A stretch of DNA of 64,000 bases. Origin: Nannocystis bainbridge. Its GTDB lineage: Bacteria; Myxococcota_A; Polyangia; Nannocystales; Nannocystaceae. A program made the position numbers and the translations under genes. The DNA is taken from assembly GCF_028368995.1 (NCBI RefSeq), contig NZ_JAQNDL010000003.1, positions 2,144,001-2,208,000 on the forward strand, in the 5' to 3' direction. Of the stretch, positions 28,465-36,877 are shown in pieces (positions within the stretch are counted from its first letter, which is position 1; each line of letters opens with the position of its first letter). The notes under the pieces were generated by a model, which made no database searches, had not been told where the DNA came from, and worked only from the letters and a program-made list of their open reading frames with translations.

Positions 28465-28637
28465 GACCTGTCCCTTCGGTCATCTCCTGCCAGTACTCCC
28501 GCGACATGTCCCATGAGACATGTCTCCGCGCCGACCGGCGCGCCTGGACCGACATGTCCCTTTCGCCATGTCCTGTGATTCCTCTCCGCACCCGTCTTGA
28601 AGCCTGCCCCTCACCCTGCGCCGATCGGAGCTGTCCC

Positions 28638-29618
28638 ATGAGCCATCTTCAACCCCTCGCCGCTCTCGGCGGCCTGCTGCTCGGCGGCGCCCTGCTCGGC
28701 GGCCTGCTCTGGTGGCAGTCCGGCCTGCAGCCGCCGGCGCCCCACGACGACTGGCGCCCGCCCTGCCTCGCCCGCCTCGGCAAGACCTACGCCGCCTTCG
28801 CCCCGACCCGCGCCGCCGACGAGCGCCTGGCCCGCAACCTCCTGTTCGGCGTCGACCGCAGCGGCAGCAACCGCGAGCTCGCCGACGCCCAGCTCGACGC
28901 CGCCGTCGCCTACGCCGCCACCCTCGGCCCCGAAGCGGGCGTCGGCGTGCTGCTGATCACCGACCGCAGCGACCGCTCGACCACCCCCGACATGCCCTTC
29001 GAGCCAGGCGAGGTCGGCCAGCGCTGGACCGCCGCCCCGGTGCTGTGCGACGGCTGCAAGCCCGACAGCCTGTTCCAGCAGAAATGCCTCGAGCAGCTCG
29101 AGGTCGCCCAGGGCCGCCGCGTCGGCGAGCTCAACGCCGGCGAGGACGCCCGCCGCACCGGCCTGCAGGAGCAGCGGGCCCTGCGGATCCACGCCTGGCG
29201 CGACCAGGTCGCCGGCTACACCCCCAAACCCGGCACCTCGCTCCTGGCCTTCTTCACCAAGCTCGCCGACCTCCCGCCCGTGCGCCGCGAGCCCGAGCGC
29301 ACGGTCGTCGTCGTCATGTCGGACCTCGAGGCCAGCCAGGCCGGCGAGCGCAAGCAGCTCGACAAGTTCGAGCGCGCCTACCGGTCCTCCGGGACCTGTC
29401 CCGAAGCATCATGGCTGCCGAAGGGCATCTCCGGCCTCGAGATCGCCCTGGTCCAGAGCGTGCGCGACGGCATCGACGCCGACCTGTGGGCCCGCCGCTG
29501 GGACGCCGTGCTCACCTGCGCCGGCGCCCACGTCCGCCGCCACCGCTACAGCACCGCCGTCCCGCTGCGCCAGCTGCTCGACGACCCACCGGGCCCCGCG
29601 CTCGCGCTCGCCGACTGA
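28638..29618 (+). CDS. Membrane-anchored protein with vWA-like MIDAS signature
   Basis: N-terminal TM segment; LLFGVDRSGS (DxSxS), GTS, VVVMSDL. Confidence 0.6.
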   Translation: MSHLQPLAALGGLLLGGALLGGLLWWQSGLQPPAPHDDWRPPCLARLGKTYAAFAPTRAADERLARNLLFGVDRSGSNRELADAQLDAAVAYAATLGPEAGVGVLLITDRSDRSTTPDMPFEPGEVGQRWTAAPVLCDGCKPDSLFQQKCLEQLEVAQGRRVGELNAGEDARRTGLQEQRALRIHAWRDQVAGYTPKPGTSLLAFFTKLADLPPVRREPERTVVVVMSDLEASQAGERKQLDKFERAYRSSGTCPEASWLPKGISGLEIALVQSVRDGIDADLWARRWDAVLTCAGAHVRRHRYSTAVPLRQLLDDPPGPALALAD

Positions 29619-29640
29619 CCCGGCCGGGCCTCCATTCGGA

Positions 29641-29701
29641 TGTCCCCAAGGACATGCCCCTCCAGACATGCCCTTTCGAGCATGCCCGGGCGGACATGTC
29701 C
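29641..29701. repeat. Array of TGYCC-N4-RRRCA units with a 14-bp period
   Basis: TG(T/C)CC at 29641, 29655, 29669, 29683 and 29697; lies between convergent genes. Confidence 0.9.
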
Positions 29702-29702
29702 T

Positions 29703-30620
29703 CTAATTCGCCGGGACCACCCCGAGCTCGCGCAGCCACGCCAGCATCGTCGCCGGCCACGTGCCCATCTGCGGCATCCCGGGCCGCTGGGCCAGGCCGA
29801 CCCCGTGGCGCCCGTCGTCGTACAGCTGCAGCCGCGACGAGGCCCCGCGCGCCCGCGCCGCCTCGTCGTAGAGCTCGCTGTTGTGGAACACCACCTTGGT
29901 GTCGTGGCGCGAGTGGACCAGCATCGCCGGCGGCGCGTCGGCCGTGACGCGCTGCTCGAGCGACAGCTCCTGCACCCGCTCCGGCGTCGCCGGCTCGTCG
30001 CCGAGCATGCTGCGCTTGCTGCGTTGGTGGGCCCAGCGATCGTCGAGCGTCACCACCGGATAGACCATGACGATGAAGTCCGGCCGGCACGACACCTGCT
30101 CGAGCGGGTCCTGGGCCGCGGCGTCGCCCTGCTTCGGGCACGCGGTGGCGACGAAGCCCGCCAGGTGCCCGCCGGCCGAGTAGCCGACGAAGCCGATCTT
30201 GCTCGCGTCGACCCCGAGCTCGCCCGCCTGCGCGCGCACCCGCTGGACCGCGCGCCGGCCGTCGGCCAGGAAATCGCGGTGGTGATAGCCGTCGCCGCTG
30301 ACGCGGTAGCGCAGCACCACCGCCACGAACCCCTGCTCGCTCAGCCAGCGGGCCGTCGGGAACGCCTCCGGCCGCAGCCCGCCGGTGTGCGCGTAGCTGC
30401 CCCCGGGCGCCACGATCGCCGCCGCCCCGTTGGCCTTGCCCGGCGCCGGCAAATAATAGAACAGCTCCGGCCGGTCGGCCTTGGCCGTCCCGCGGGCCCC
30501 CGGCGCCCCGTCGGGCCACAGCAGCTCGTGCCGGGCGAAGTCCCGCGGCGTGCAGCCGAGCGCGACCACCAGCCCCAAAGCACATGTCCCCAGGGACATG
30601 TATTTCAAGAAATGTCTCAT
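29703..30620 (-). CDS. Alpha/beta hydrolase lipoprotein (acetyl-xylan/BD-FAE-like esterase)
   Basis: PGGSY, GYSAGGHL, YPV, PPAMLVH..D..V, GRHGVGL; lipobox ALGC. Confidence 0.85.
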   Translation of the reverse strand: MRHFLKYMSLGTCALGLVVALGCTPRDFARHELLWPDGAPGARGTAKADRPELFYYLPAPGKANGAAAIVAPGGSYAHTGGLRPEAFPTARWLSEQGFVAVVLRYRVSGDGYHHRDFLADGRRAVQRVRAQAGELGVDASKIGFVGYSAGGHLAGFVATACPKQGDAAAQDPLEQVSCRPDFIVMVYPVVTLDDRWAHQRSKRSMLGDEPATPERVQELSLEQRVTADAPPAMLVHSRHDTKVVFHNSELYDEAARARGASSRLQLYDDGRHGVGLAQRPGMPQMGTWPATMLAWLRELGVVPAN

Positions 30621-31057
30621 GCGCCAGCCTCGGCGTCGATGTGGGCGCAGTACGGCGCGATCTCGGCGCGGAAGCTGTCGGTCCACGGGACCGGCCGCTT
30701 GCTCTCGGGATCGACGCGGACCACCGTGCGCCGGCCGGTCGCGTGCTCGATGTCCTCGTCGAGCGGCATCACCCGCAGGCCGAAGGTCAGGCTGGTCCGC
30801 CCGAGCCGCTCGACCCACACGCGCACCCGCACCTGGCCGGTACCGATCACCGGCCGCTGGTAGTCGAGGGAATTCGCGCGCACCAGGTGGTACTGGTCGG
30901 GGTTCGAGTTGAAGTCGAGGACCCCGCCCCAGCCGAGCTGCCGCCAGAACGAGCCGATCGCGTGCTCGAAGAGGAGCAGGTAGCGGGCGTTGTGGAGGAT
31001 GTGGAACGCGTCGAGGTCGTCGAAATAAACCCCGTGGATCGTCTCGTGGAAACGCAT
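30617..31057 (-). CDS. Acyl-CoA thioesterase (4HBT family)
   Basis: VYFDDLDAFHILHNARYLLLFE; LGRTS. Confidence 0.88.
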   Translation of the reverse strand: MRFHETIHGVYFDDLDAFHILHNARYLLLFEHAIGSFWRQLGWGGVLDFNSNPDQYHLVRANSLDYQRPVIGTGQVRVRVWVERLGRTSLTFGLRVMPLDEDIEHATGRRTVVRVDPESKRPVPWTDSFRAEIAPYCAHIDAEAGA

Positions 31058-31222
31058 GACCGTCCGCGAGCGGTATACCGCACGCCGGCCCCCGCGCGGG
31101 CCCGATCGGGGCGCCTGTCGGCGTGTCCGGACACTCGTTCACATGTCCGCGCGGCAGCCCTCACACGACCCGCCGCCGTCGGCGCCGCTGGTTGTGAGTT
31201 ATCGTGATCGCCAGGCCTCGGG

Positions 31223-32062
31223 ATGGACGCCCGCCAACACCACGCCCGCCAGCAATTCACCCGCCTCGCGGGCGCCCCCGACCACGCCCTCGACCTCGGC
31301 GAGACCGCGCTGTGGATCGGCGCCGAGGAAGACGGGCCGGTCGCCGTCGAGGACTACCTGGCCCGCCTCGACGACCTCGCGGCGACCTTGCGCCAGCGCC
31401 TGCTGCCCGAGCACACCGCGCGCGAGCGGCTCGATCGACTGCTCGCCTACGTGTTCCGCGAGCTCGGCTTCCACGGCAACGAGTCCGACTACTACGACCC
31501 GCGCAACAGCTACTTCCACCAGGTGCTCGACCGCCGCTGCGGCCTGCCGATCTCGCTGGCGCTGCTGCTGATCGAGCTGGCGCGGCGGGTCGGCCTGCGC
31601 GTCGCCGGGGTCGGCTTCCCGGCCCACTTCCTCGCCGTCGACCTCGACCTGCCGCAGCTCTTCATCGACCCGTTCCACGGCGGGCGCCTGCTGACCGAGT
31701 ACGAGTGCCGGGTGATGCTGCGGCAGAAGACCCAGGGCCGGGTCGAGTTCGACCGCAATCAACTGCGCCCGGTCGGCGGTCGTCAGCTGCTGGTGCGCAT
31801 GCTGAACAACCTCAAGAGCGTGCACCTGAGCCGCGGCGACCTCGAGCGCGCGCTCGCGGCCAGCGACCGGATCCTCCTGCTCAGCCCCGGCGCCGCCGAG
31901 GAGTACCGCGACCGCGGACTGTGCCAGCTGCAGCGCCGGGCCTACCGCGCCGCCGCCCTGGACCTCGACCATTACCTCAGCCTCGCGCCGATGGCCGACG
32001 ACCGCCAGTTGGTCGCTGCCCGCGCGGTCGAGGCCCGCAACAAAGCCCGCCTGGCCAATTGA
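31223..32062 (+). CDS. SirB1-family protein with C-terminal TPR
   Basis: GFHGNESDYYDPRNSY, GLPISL, GVGFPAHFL, RMLNNLK, RDRGL. Confidence 0.9.
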   Translation: MDARQHHARQQFTRLAGAPDHALDLGETALWIGAEEDGPVAVEDYLARLDDLAATLRQRLLPEHTARERLDRLLAYVFRELGFHGNESDYYDPRNSYFHQVLDRRCGLPISLALLLIELARRVGLRVAGVGFPAHFLAVDLDLPQLFIDPFHGGRLLTEYECRVMLRQKTQGRVEFDRNQLRPVGGRQLLVRMLNNLKSVHLSRGDLERALAASDRILLLSPGAAEEYRDRGLCQLQRRAYRAAALDLDHYLSLAPMADDRQLVAARAVEARNKARLAN

Positions 32063-32083
32063 CCAGGCGGGCACCTCGCCGGC

Positions 32084-32359
32084 TCACACGTCGTGGGCCA
32101 TCTGCAGCATCTGCGGGATGAAGTGGACCCGCACCTTGATCATGCTCTCCCACTTGCGCTGCGTCTGGCTCCGCACCCCCTCGTGATCGGGCTTGAGGGC
32201 GTTGCTGTTGACCGTGTCGTTCTCGAAGTCGTAGGCCTGGGTGGCGCCCTTTTGGCCCCTGCGGGCGGCCGCGTCGGCGTCGGCGTCGGTCTTGGCGGCG
32301 GGCGCGGCCCAGGCGGTGGTGGAACAGAGCACGAGCGAAGCGAGGACGATGAAGCGCAT
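32084..32359 (-). CDS. Small secreted protein resembling the myxobacterial gliding protein CglF/GltF
   Basis: Signal peptide, then YDFENDTVNSNALKPD...WESMIKVRVHFIPQML; AGGAG upstream. Similarity is from memory of the family, not from a search. Confidence 0.6.
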   Translation of the reverse strand: MRFIVLASLVLCSTTAWAAPAAKTDADADAAARRGQKGATQAYDFENDTVNSNALKPDHEGVRSQTQRKWESMIKVRVHFIPQMLQMAHDV

Positions 32360-32431
32360 GCGAATCTCCTGACGGGGTGTCAGGCAGCAACGACGACCCC
32401 GGGCCGGCGGTCTACGTGCTATGAGTCCGGC

Positions 32432-33322
32432 GTGCGTCGCGTCGCCGCCGTCGTCTTCGCCCTCGCGCTCGCGGCCTGCGCCGAGAAGCTGCCCGAGGCC
32501 CACGTCATGCCGCTGGTCGGCGCCGAGCGCGGCTTCGGCCGCGAGGTCGCCGAGCTCGGCCTGGTCGACGGCTTCACTCGCAACCTCGCCACCGACGCGG
32601 TGCTGCTGCGCCCCGGCCCCAAGCCGGCCGCGCAGGCGCTCGCCGAGCCCGCGAACTTCGACCTGACCTGGGAGCCCGCGTTCGCCGAGATCGCCGCGTC
32701 GGGCGACCTCGGCTACACCACCGGGCCGTTCCGGGCCCACGGGCGCGACAGCGGCGAGGTCACGCACGGCCACTACGTCAGCGTGTGGCGCAAAGACGGC
32801 GACCGCTGGCGCCTCGTCGTCGACGGCGGCAGCCCGCACCCGCCCCCGCTCAACCTGCCCGACCGCTTCACGTACATCACCGCGCGCGTGTCCGCGAACT
32901 CGGCCGACCACGCCGCCGAGCTCAAGAGCCTGCGCGCCGTCGAAGACGCGCTCATCGCCGGCGTCGCCGCCGAGGGCGCCCGCGCCCTGCTCAAATCCGC
33001 CGCCCCCGACCTGCGCTGGCACCCACCCGGCAGCTTCCCCGTCACCGGCGCCAGCGCGGTCCAGACGGCCCTGCTCGGCCGCACCGACGTGTTCACCTAT
33101 ACCCGCCGCGGCGACGGTGTGTCGGCCGCGGGCGACCTCGGCTTCGCCTACGGCGAGGCCACCCGCACCGTCAAACCCGGCAACCCCCCCGAGCTCGGCG
33201 GCTACCTGCGGCTGTGGCGGCGCGACGCCGAAGGCCGCTGGCAGCTCACCCTCGACCTGACCGTCACCGAGCCGCAGCCGAAGGCCGTGCTCGACGACCA
33301 CGACGCCAAGCACCAGCCCTGA
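32432..33322 (+). CDS. Lipoprotein with tandem NTF2/DUF4440-like domains
   Basis: LAAC lipobox; two copies of GDLG[YF]...G.Y..[VL]WR...W...D. Confidence 0.8.
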   Translation: MRRVAAVVFALALAACAEKLPEAHVMPLVGAERGFGREVAELGLVDGFTRNLATDAVLLRPGPKPAAQALAEPANFDLTWEPAFAEIAASGDLGYTTGPFRAHGRDSGEVTHGHYVSVWRKDGDRWRLVVDGGSPHPPPLNLPDRFTYITARVSANSADHAAELKSLRAVEDALIAGVAAEGARALLKSAAPDLRWHPPGSFPVTGASAVQTALLGRTDVFTYTRRGDGVSAAGDLGFAYGEATRTVKPGNPPELGGYLRLWRRDAEGRWQLTLDLTVTEPQPKAVLDDHDAKHQP

Positions 33323-33328
33323 AGCGCC

Positions 33329-33389
33329 TGGCCTTCAGGGCATGTCCACCAGGGCATGTCCGAAGGCACCGGTCCTTCAGGACATGCCC
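33329..33389. repeat. Array of the palindrome family with a 14-bp period
   Basis: Half-sites at 33329, 33343, 33357, 33371 and 33385; lies between convergent genes. Confidence 0.85.
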
Positions 33390-33397
33390 CGAATTTC

Positions 33398-33769
33398 TCA
33401 GTGACGCTCGGGCTTGGCCAGGCCGATGAAGCCGGCGACCAGCACCAGGACCGCGGCCGCGAACGCCATGTACCCGCCGACCTCGAGCTGGATGCCGACC
33501 GGACGGCTGGTGGCGAAGACGCACAGGGCGACGCCGATCAGCCCGAACAGCAGGTGGAGCACGCCGAGGCCGCGCGCGAAGCCCCTGCGGCCGACCAGCA
33601 CGCCGAACAGCGACGGCAGGATCGACGGCACGGTGAGCATCAGGCCGAGCGCGACGTTGCGGATGACGCCGGCGAAGGCGCCCTCGGTGATGGTCATGAG
33701 CGACCGCAGCGGCAGAAACAGCGCGGCGATGCTGAGGAGGAGCGCGACGAGGGCGAGTTTCTTGGCCAT
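33398..33769 (-). CDS. Small 4-TM membrane protein, hypothetical
   Basis: Four hydrophobic segments starting MAKKLALVALL. Confidence 0.7.
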   Translation of the reverse strand: MAKKLALVALLLSIAALFLPLRSLMTITEGAFAGVIRNVALGLMLTVPSILPSLFGVLVGRRGFARGLGVLHLLFGLIGVALCVFATSRPVGIQLEVGGYMAFAAAVLVLVAGFIGLAKPERH

Positions 33770-33848
33770 GCACGGCCCTGATACCACAGGGCCGCACGGC
33801 ACCGATAGTGACATCGGATCGAACAGCGAATGAACGCCGTTCTCCCGC

Positions 33849-34508
33849 TCAACCAGCCTTGAACTTGAGGTCGAGCTTCAGCAGGACCTCGTCCTTGATC
33901 AGGTCGTCCGGCTTGCCGGGGTACTCGATCTTGAAGTCCTTGCGGTTGATCGTGAACTCGGCCTGACCCTGCGCGCCGCTGGCGTCGACGGTGATCTTGG
34001 CCGGGAAGCGGATCGCCTTCTTCTCGCCGTGCAGCTCGAGCTCGCCGCCCAGCTCGTGGGTCGCCCCGTTGTCGCCGGGCTTGGCCACGAACTCGTTGGC
34101 CGAGAACACCGCGGTCGGGAACTTCTCGACGTCGAAGAAATCGGGGCTCTTGAGGTGACCCGTGAGGTCCGCCGCGTCCGACGTGACCGAGGGGGTCTGC
34201 ACCACCACGCGCAACGACTCGATCTTGTCGCCGACCACCTTGGCCTCGCCCTCGAACTCCTCGAAGCCGCCCTTGTGGTCGCCGGTCAGCTTGGCACCGA
34301 CGAACTGGACCGAGCTGCCGGTCTTGTCGAGCTTGAGCGTGCGCGCGGTCGCGGCCGGCGCGTCCGTCTTGGTCTCGGCCTTGGCCTCGGTCTTCTTGAC
34401 GTCCTCGACCTGCGCCTTGGGCTTGCCGTCGATCTCGGACGAGCAAGCGGCGCTCAGCGACGCCGCCAGCGTGAGCGACAGCAGCGAATAAAACGATGTG
34501 CGTGCCAT
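33849..34508 (-). CDS. YceI-family lipoprotein
   Basis: SSVQFVG, HLKSPDFFDVEKFP, GELELHG, INRKDF; lipobox SAAC. Confidence 0.92.
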   Translation of the reverse strand: MARTSFYSLLSLTLAASLSAACSSEIDGKPKAQVEDVKKTEAKAETKTDAPAATARTLKLDKTGSSVQFVGAKLTGDHKGGFEEFEGEAKVVGDKIESLRVVVQTPSVTSDAADLTGHLKSPDFFDVEKFPTAVFSANEFVAKPGDNGATHELGGELELHGEKKAIRFPAKITVDASGAQGQAEFTINRKDFKIEYPGKPDDLIKDEVLLKLDLKFKAG

Positions 34509-34624
34509 GGTGCCGCGGACCCTAACACGAGCCCGCCGCGCCCGGCAAACCGCGCGGCCGGGCCGCCCGCGACTGCGATGAATCGTCCGCCGATTGGCCC
34601 GCCGCGTGGGCCCTCACGTCGGAC

Positions 34625-35617
34625 TCAACGCCGCCCGGCCTGCAACACCAGCGGATGCCCCGACAGCTGATCGAGCTGCTCCACGACCTCGCTGTCCTCG
34701 CGGACATATGCGTCGAGGAACGTCGAGATCACCTCGACGAAGAAGTTCCGCAGCGCCTCGCCCGGCGCCGTCGCCCGGTGATCGAGGAACGACCGCCCGG
34801 TGGTCGGATCGTCGGGGTGGCAGAACGCGAAGTGATTGGCCCCCGCGAGCAGGAACATGTGGGCGTCCCCACGGCCGCCCGGCAGCGCCTCGTGGAAGGT
34901 GCGCCGGATCAACGCGAACGCATCCGCCGGCGATGACCCGTAGCGATGACTGCTGGCCGCGATCACCCCATCGCGCTCGCCGCCGAGGAGCAGCAGCGGC
35001 ACCTCGCCCGGCAGCGGCAGCAGCGAGTGCTCCGGCCAGCCGAGCGCCGTCAGGGCCCCCGCGTGACCCGCATACGCGAACGCGGCCGAGAGGTTGTTGA
35101 AGTAGCGCAGGGCCGCGTTCTGCAGCGCTGCGCAGCCGCCGGCGGAGTGGCCGCCGAGCACGACGTGCTCGAGATCGAGCAAGCCGGCGAGGATGCCCTC
35201 GCACTGCAACCTGGCCAGCTCCTCGAGCAGCGGCCCGATCGTGGTCGACGTCGGCGCGTGACCGAAGCCCTCCGGCCCGAGGCGCGAACCATCGAACCCG
35301 GGCGTGAGCCCGACCACTCCTGGCTCGCCGAGCCGCACCTCGCCGACCAGCGAGAACGTCACGAACACGTAACCGCGATCGGCCAGCGCCTGCGCCAGCC
35401 ACCGGTAGCTCTCCGGCCCGACGTTGACGCCCGGCAGGAAGATCACGACCGGAAACGGCCCCGCGTCGGCGTCCGCCTCGACCGCCCCGAGCTCGCGCTC
35501 GGCCATCCCGCCGGTCAACCGCCCCGGGTAGAACACCCGCGCGTGCAGCGTGTCGTGCGGCCCTCGCAGCCCCGGCAACCGCACCGCCCGATGGAGCGCG
35601 CGCACGATGCGAGTCAT
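34625..35617 (-). CDS. Alpha/beta hydrolase (chlorophyllase/dienelactone hydrolase-like)
   Basis: PFPVVIFLPG, GHSAGG, GERDGV, GANHFAF. Confidence 0.82.
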   Translation of the reverse strand: MTRIVRALHRAVRLPGLRGPHDTLHARVFYPGRLTGGMAERELGAVEADADAGPFPVVIFLPGVNVGPESYRWLAQALADRGYVFVTFSLVGEVRLGEPGVVGLTPGFDGSRLGPEGFGHAPTSTTIGPLLEELARLQCEGILAGLLDLEHVVLGGHSAGGCAALQNAALRYFNNLSAAFAYAGHAGALTALGWPEHSLLPLPGEVPLLLLGGERDGVIAASSHRYGSSPADAFALIRRTFHEALPGGRGDAHMFLLAGANHFAFCHPDDPTTGRSFLDHRATAPGEALRNFFVEVISTFLDAYVREDSEVVEQLDQLSGHPLVLQAGRR

Positions 35618-35712
35618 CGCCGCGCCTCCATGTCACCTGTCCCGAAGTACAGCCCGGCTGAATTCATGCCTGTTCGCCTCCTGTGCGGGTCGCCGATAGT
35701 ATCCTCCGACCC

Positions 35713-36861
35713 ATGGAAAAAGCCGCCCTCCCGCTCGCCGGCCTGCGCGTGCTCGACCTGTCGCGGATCCTCGCCGGGCCCAGCGCCGCCCAGCTGCTCG
35801 GGGATCTCGGGGCAGATGTGATCAAGATCGAACATCCTCTCGGGGACGACACGCGTCGCTGGGGCCCGCCCGACTTTGAGGGCAGCGCCGCCTACTATTT
35901 GGCCTGCAACCGCAACAAGCGCTCGCGGGTGCTCGACTTCAAGCGCGCGATCGACCGTCAGGAATTGCTGGGCCTGCTGGCCGGCGCGGACGTGCTGCTC
36001 GAGAACTTCAAGGTCGGCGACCTCGGCCGCCACGGCCTCGACTACGCGACCCTGGCGCCTCGCTTCCCGCGCCTGGTCTACTGCAGCATCACCGGCTTCG
36101 GCCAGACCGGCCCCGACGCCGGCCGTGTGGGCTACGACGCCCTCATCCAGGGCCTCGGCGGGCTCATGAGCATCACCGGGCCCGACCATGACCACCCGAC
36201 CAAGGTCGGCGTCGCCGTCGCCGACCTCGGCACCGGCCTCTACGCGGTGGTGGCCATCCTGGCCGCCCTGCTCGAGCGCAGCCGCAGCGGCCTCGGCCAG
36301 CACATCGACCTCGCGCTGCTCGATGCGCAAGTCGCCGGCCTCGCCAACATCGCCACGAATTTCCTGTGCACCGGCGAGGTCCCACGCCCCCTCGGCAACG
36401 CCCACCCCACGATCGTGCCCTACCAGAGCTTCGCTACCGCCGACCGCCCCTTGATGCTGGCGATCGGCAGCGACCCCCAGTTCGCCAGCCTGTGCGTCGC
36501 CCTCGACGAACCCGCGTGGGCCATCGACCCACGCTTCGTCACCAATTCCGCGCGGGTCGCTCACCGGGCCGAACTGGTGGCGCGACTGGAACACCGCCTG
36601 TCCCAAAAGACACGCGACGAATGGCTGCGACGCTTCGCCACCGCGACCCCGCAGTTCCCGCACGGACCGATCCGCGACCTCGCCGAAGTCGCCGCCGACC
36701 CACAAGTCACCCACCGCGACCTGTTTAAAACAATGGACGACGGGCGCACCCCCTGCCTCAAAAACCCGATCGTCTTCTCCCGCACCCCGATCCAAACCTA
36801 CCGCCGCCCGCCCCACCTCGACGAGCACCCCGACGCGACCTGGCTCGAAGAACCTGTCTGA
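35713..36861 (+). CDS. Family III CoA-transferase (CaiB/BaiF)
   Basis: LRVLDLSRILAGP, GADVIKIE, NRNKRS, GFGQTGP, GYD, DLGTG. Confidence 0.95.
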   Translation: MEKAALPLAGLRVLDLSRILAGPSAAQLLGDLGADVIKIEHPLGDDTRRWGPPDFEGSAAYYLACNRNKRSRVLDFKRAIDRQELLGLLAGADVLLENFKVGDLGRHGLDYATLAPRFPRLVYCSITGFGQTGPDAGRVGYDALIQGLGGLMSITGPDHDHPTKVGVAVADLGTGLYAVVAILAALLERSRSGLGQHIDLALLDAQVAGLANIATNFLCTGEVPRPLGNAHPTIVPYQSFATADRPLMLAIGSDPQFASLCVALDEPAWAIDPRFVTNSARVAHRAELVARLEHRLSQKTRDEWLRRFATATPQFPHGPIRDLAEVAADPQVTHRDLFKTMDDGRTPCLKNPIVFSRTPIQTYRRPPHLDEHPDATWLEEPV

Positions 36862-36877
36862 ACAGACATATCATCAA

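Noticed and set aside
29650-29701. Junction decamers (GGACATGCCC, AGACATGCCC, GAGCATGCCC, GGACATGTCC) match the eukaryotic p53 half-site RRRCWWGYYY
   Set aside because: No p53-like gene is present and the context is bacterial. Isolated sites show that the unit is TGTCC-N4-GGACA, so the decamer is a by-product of tiling.
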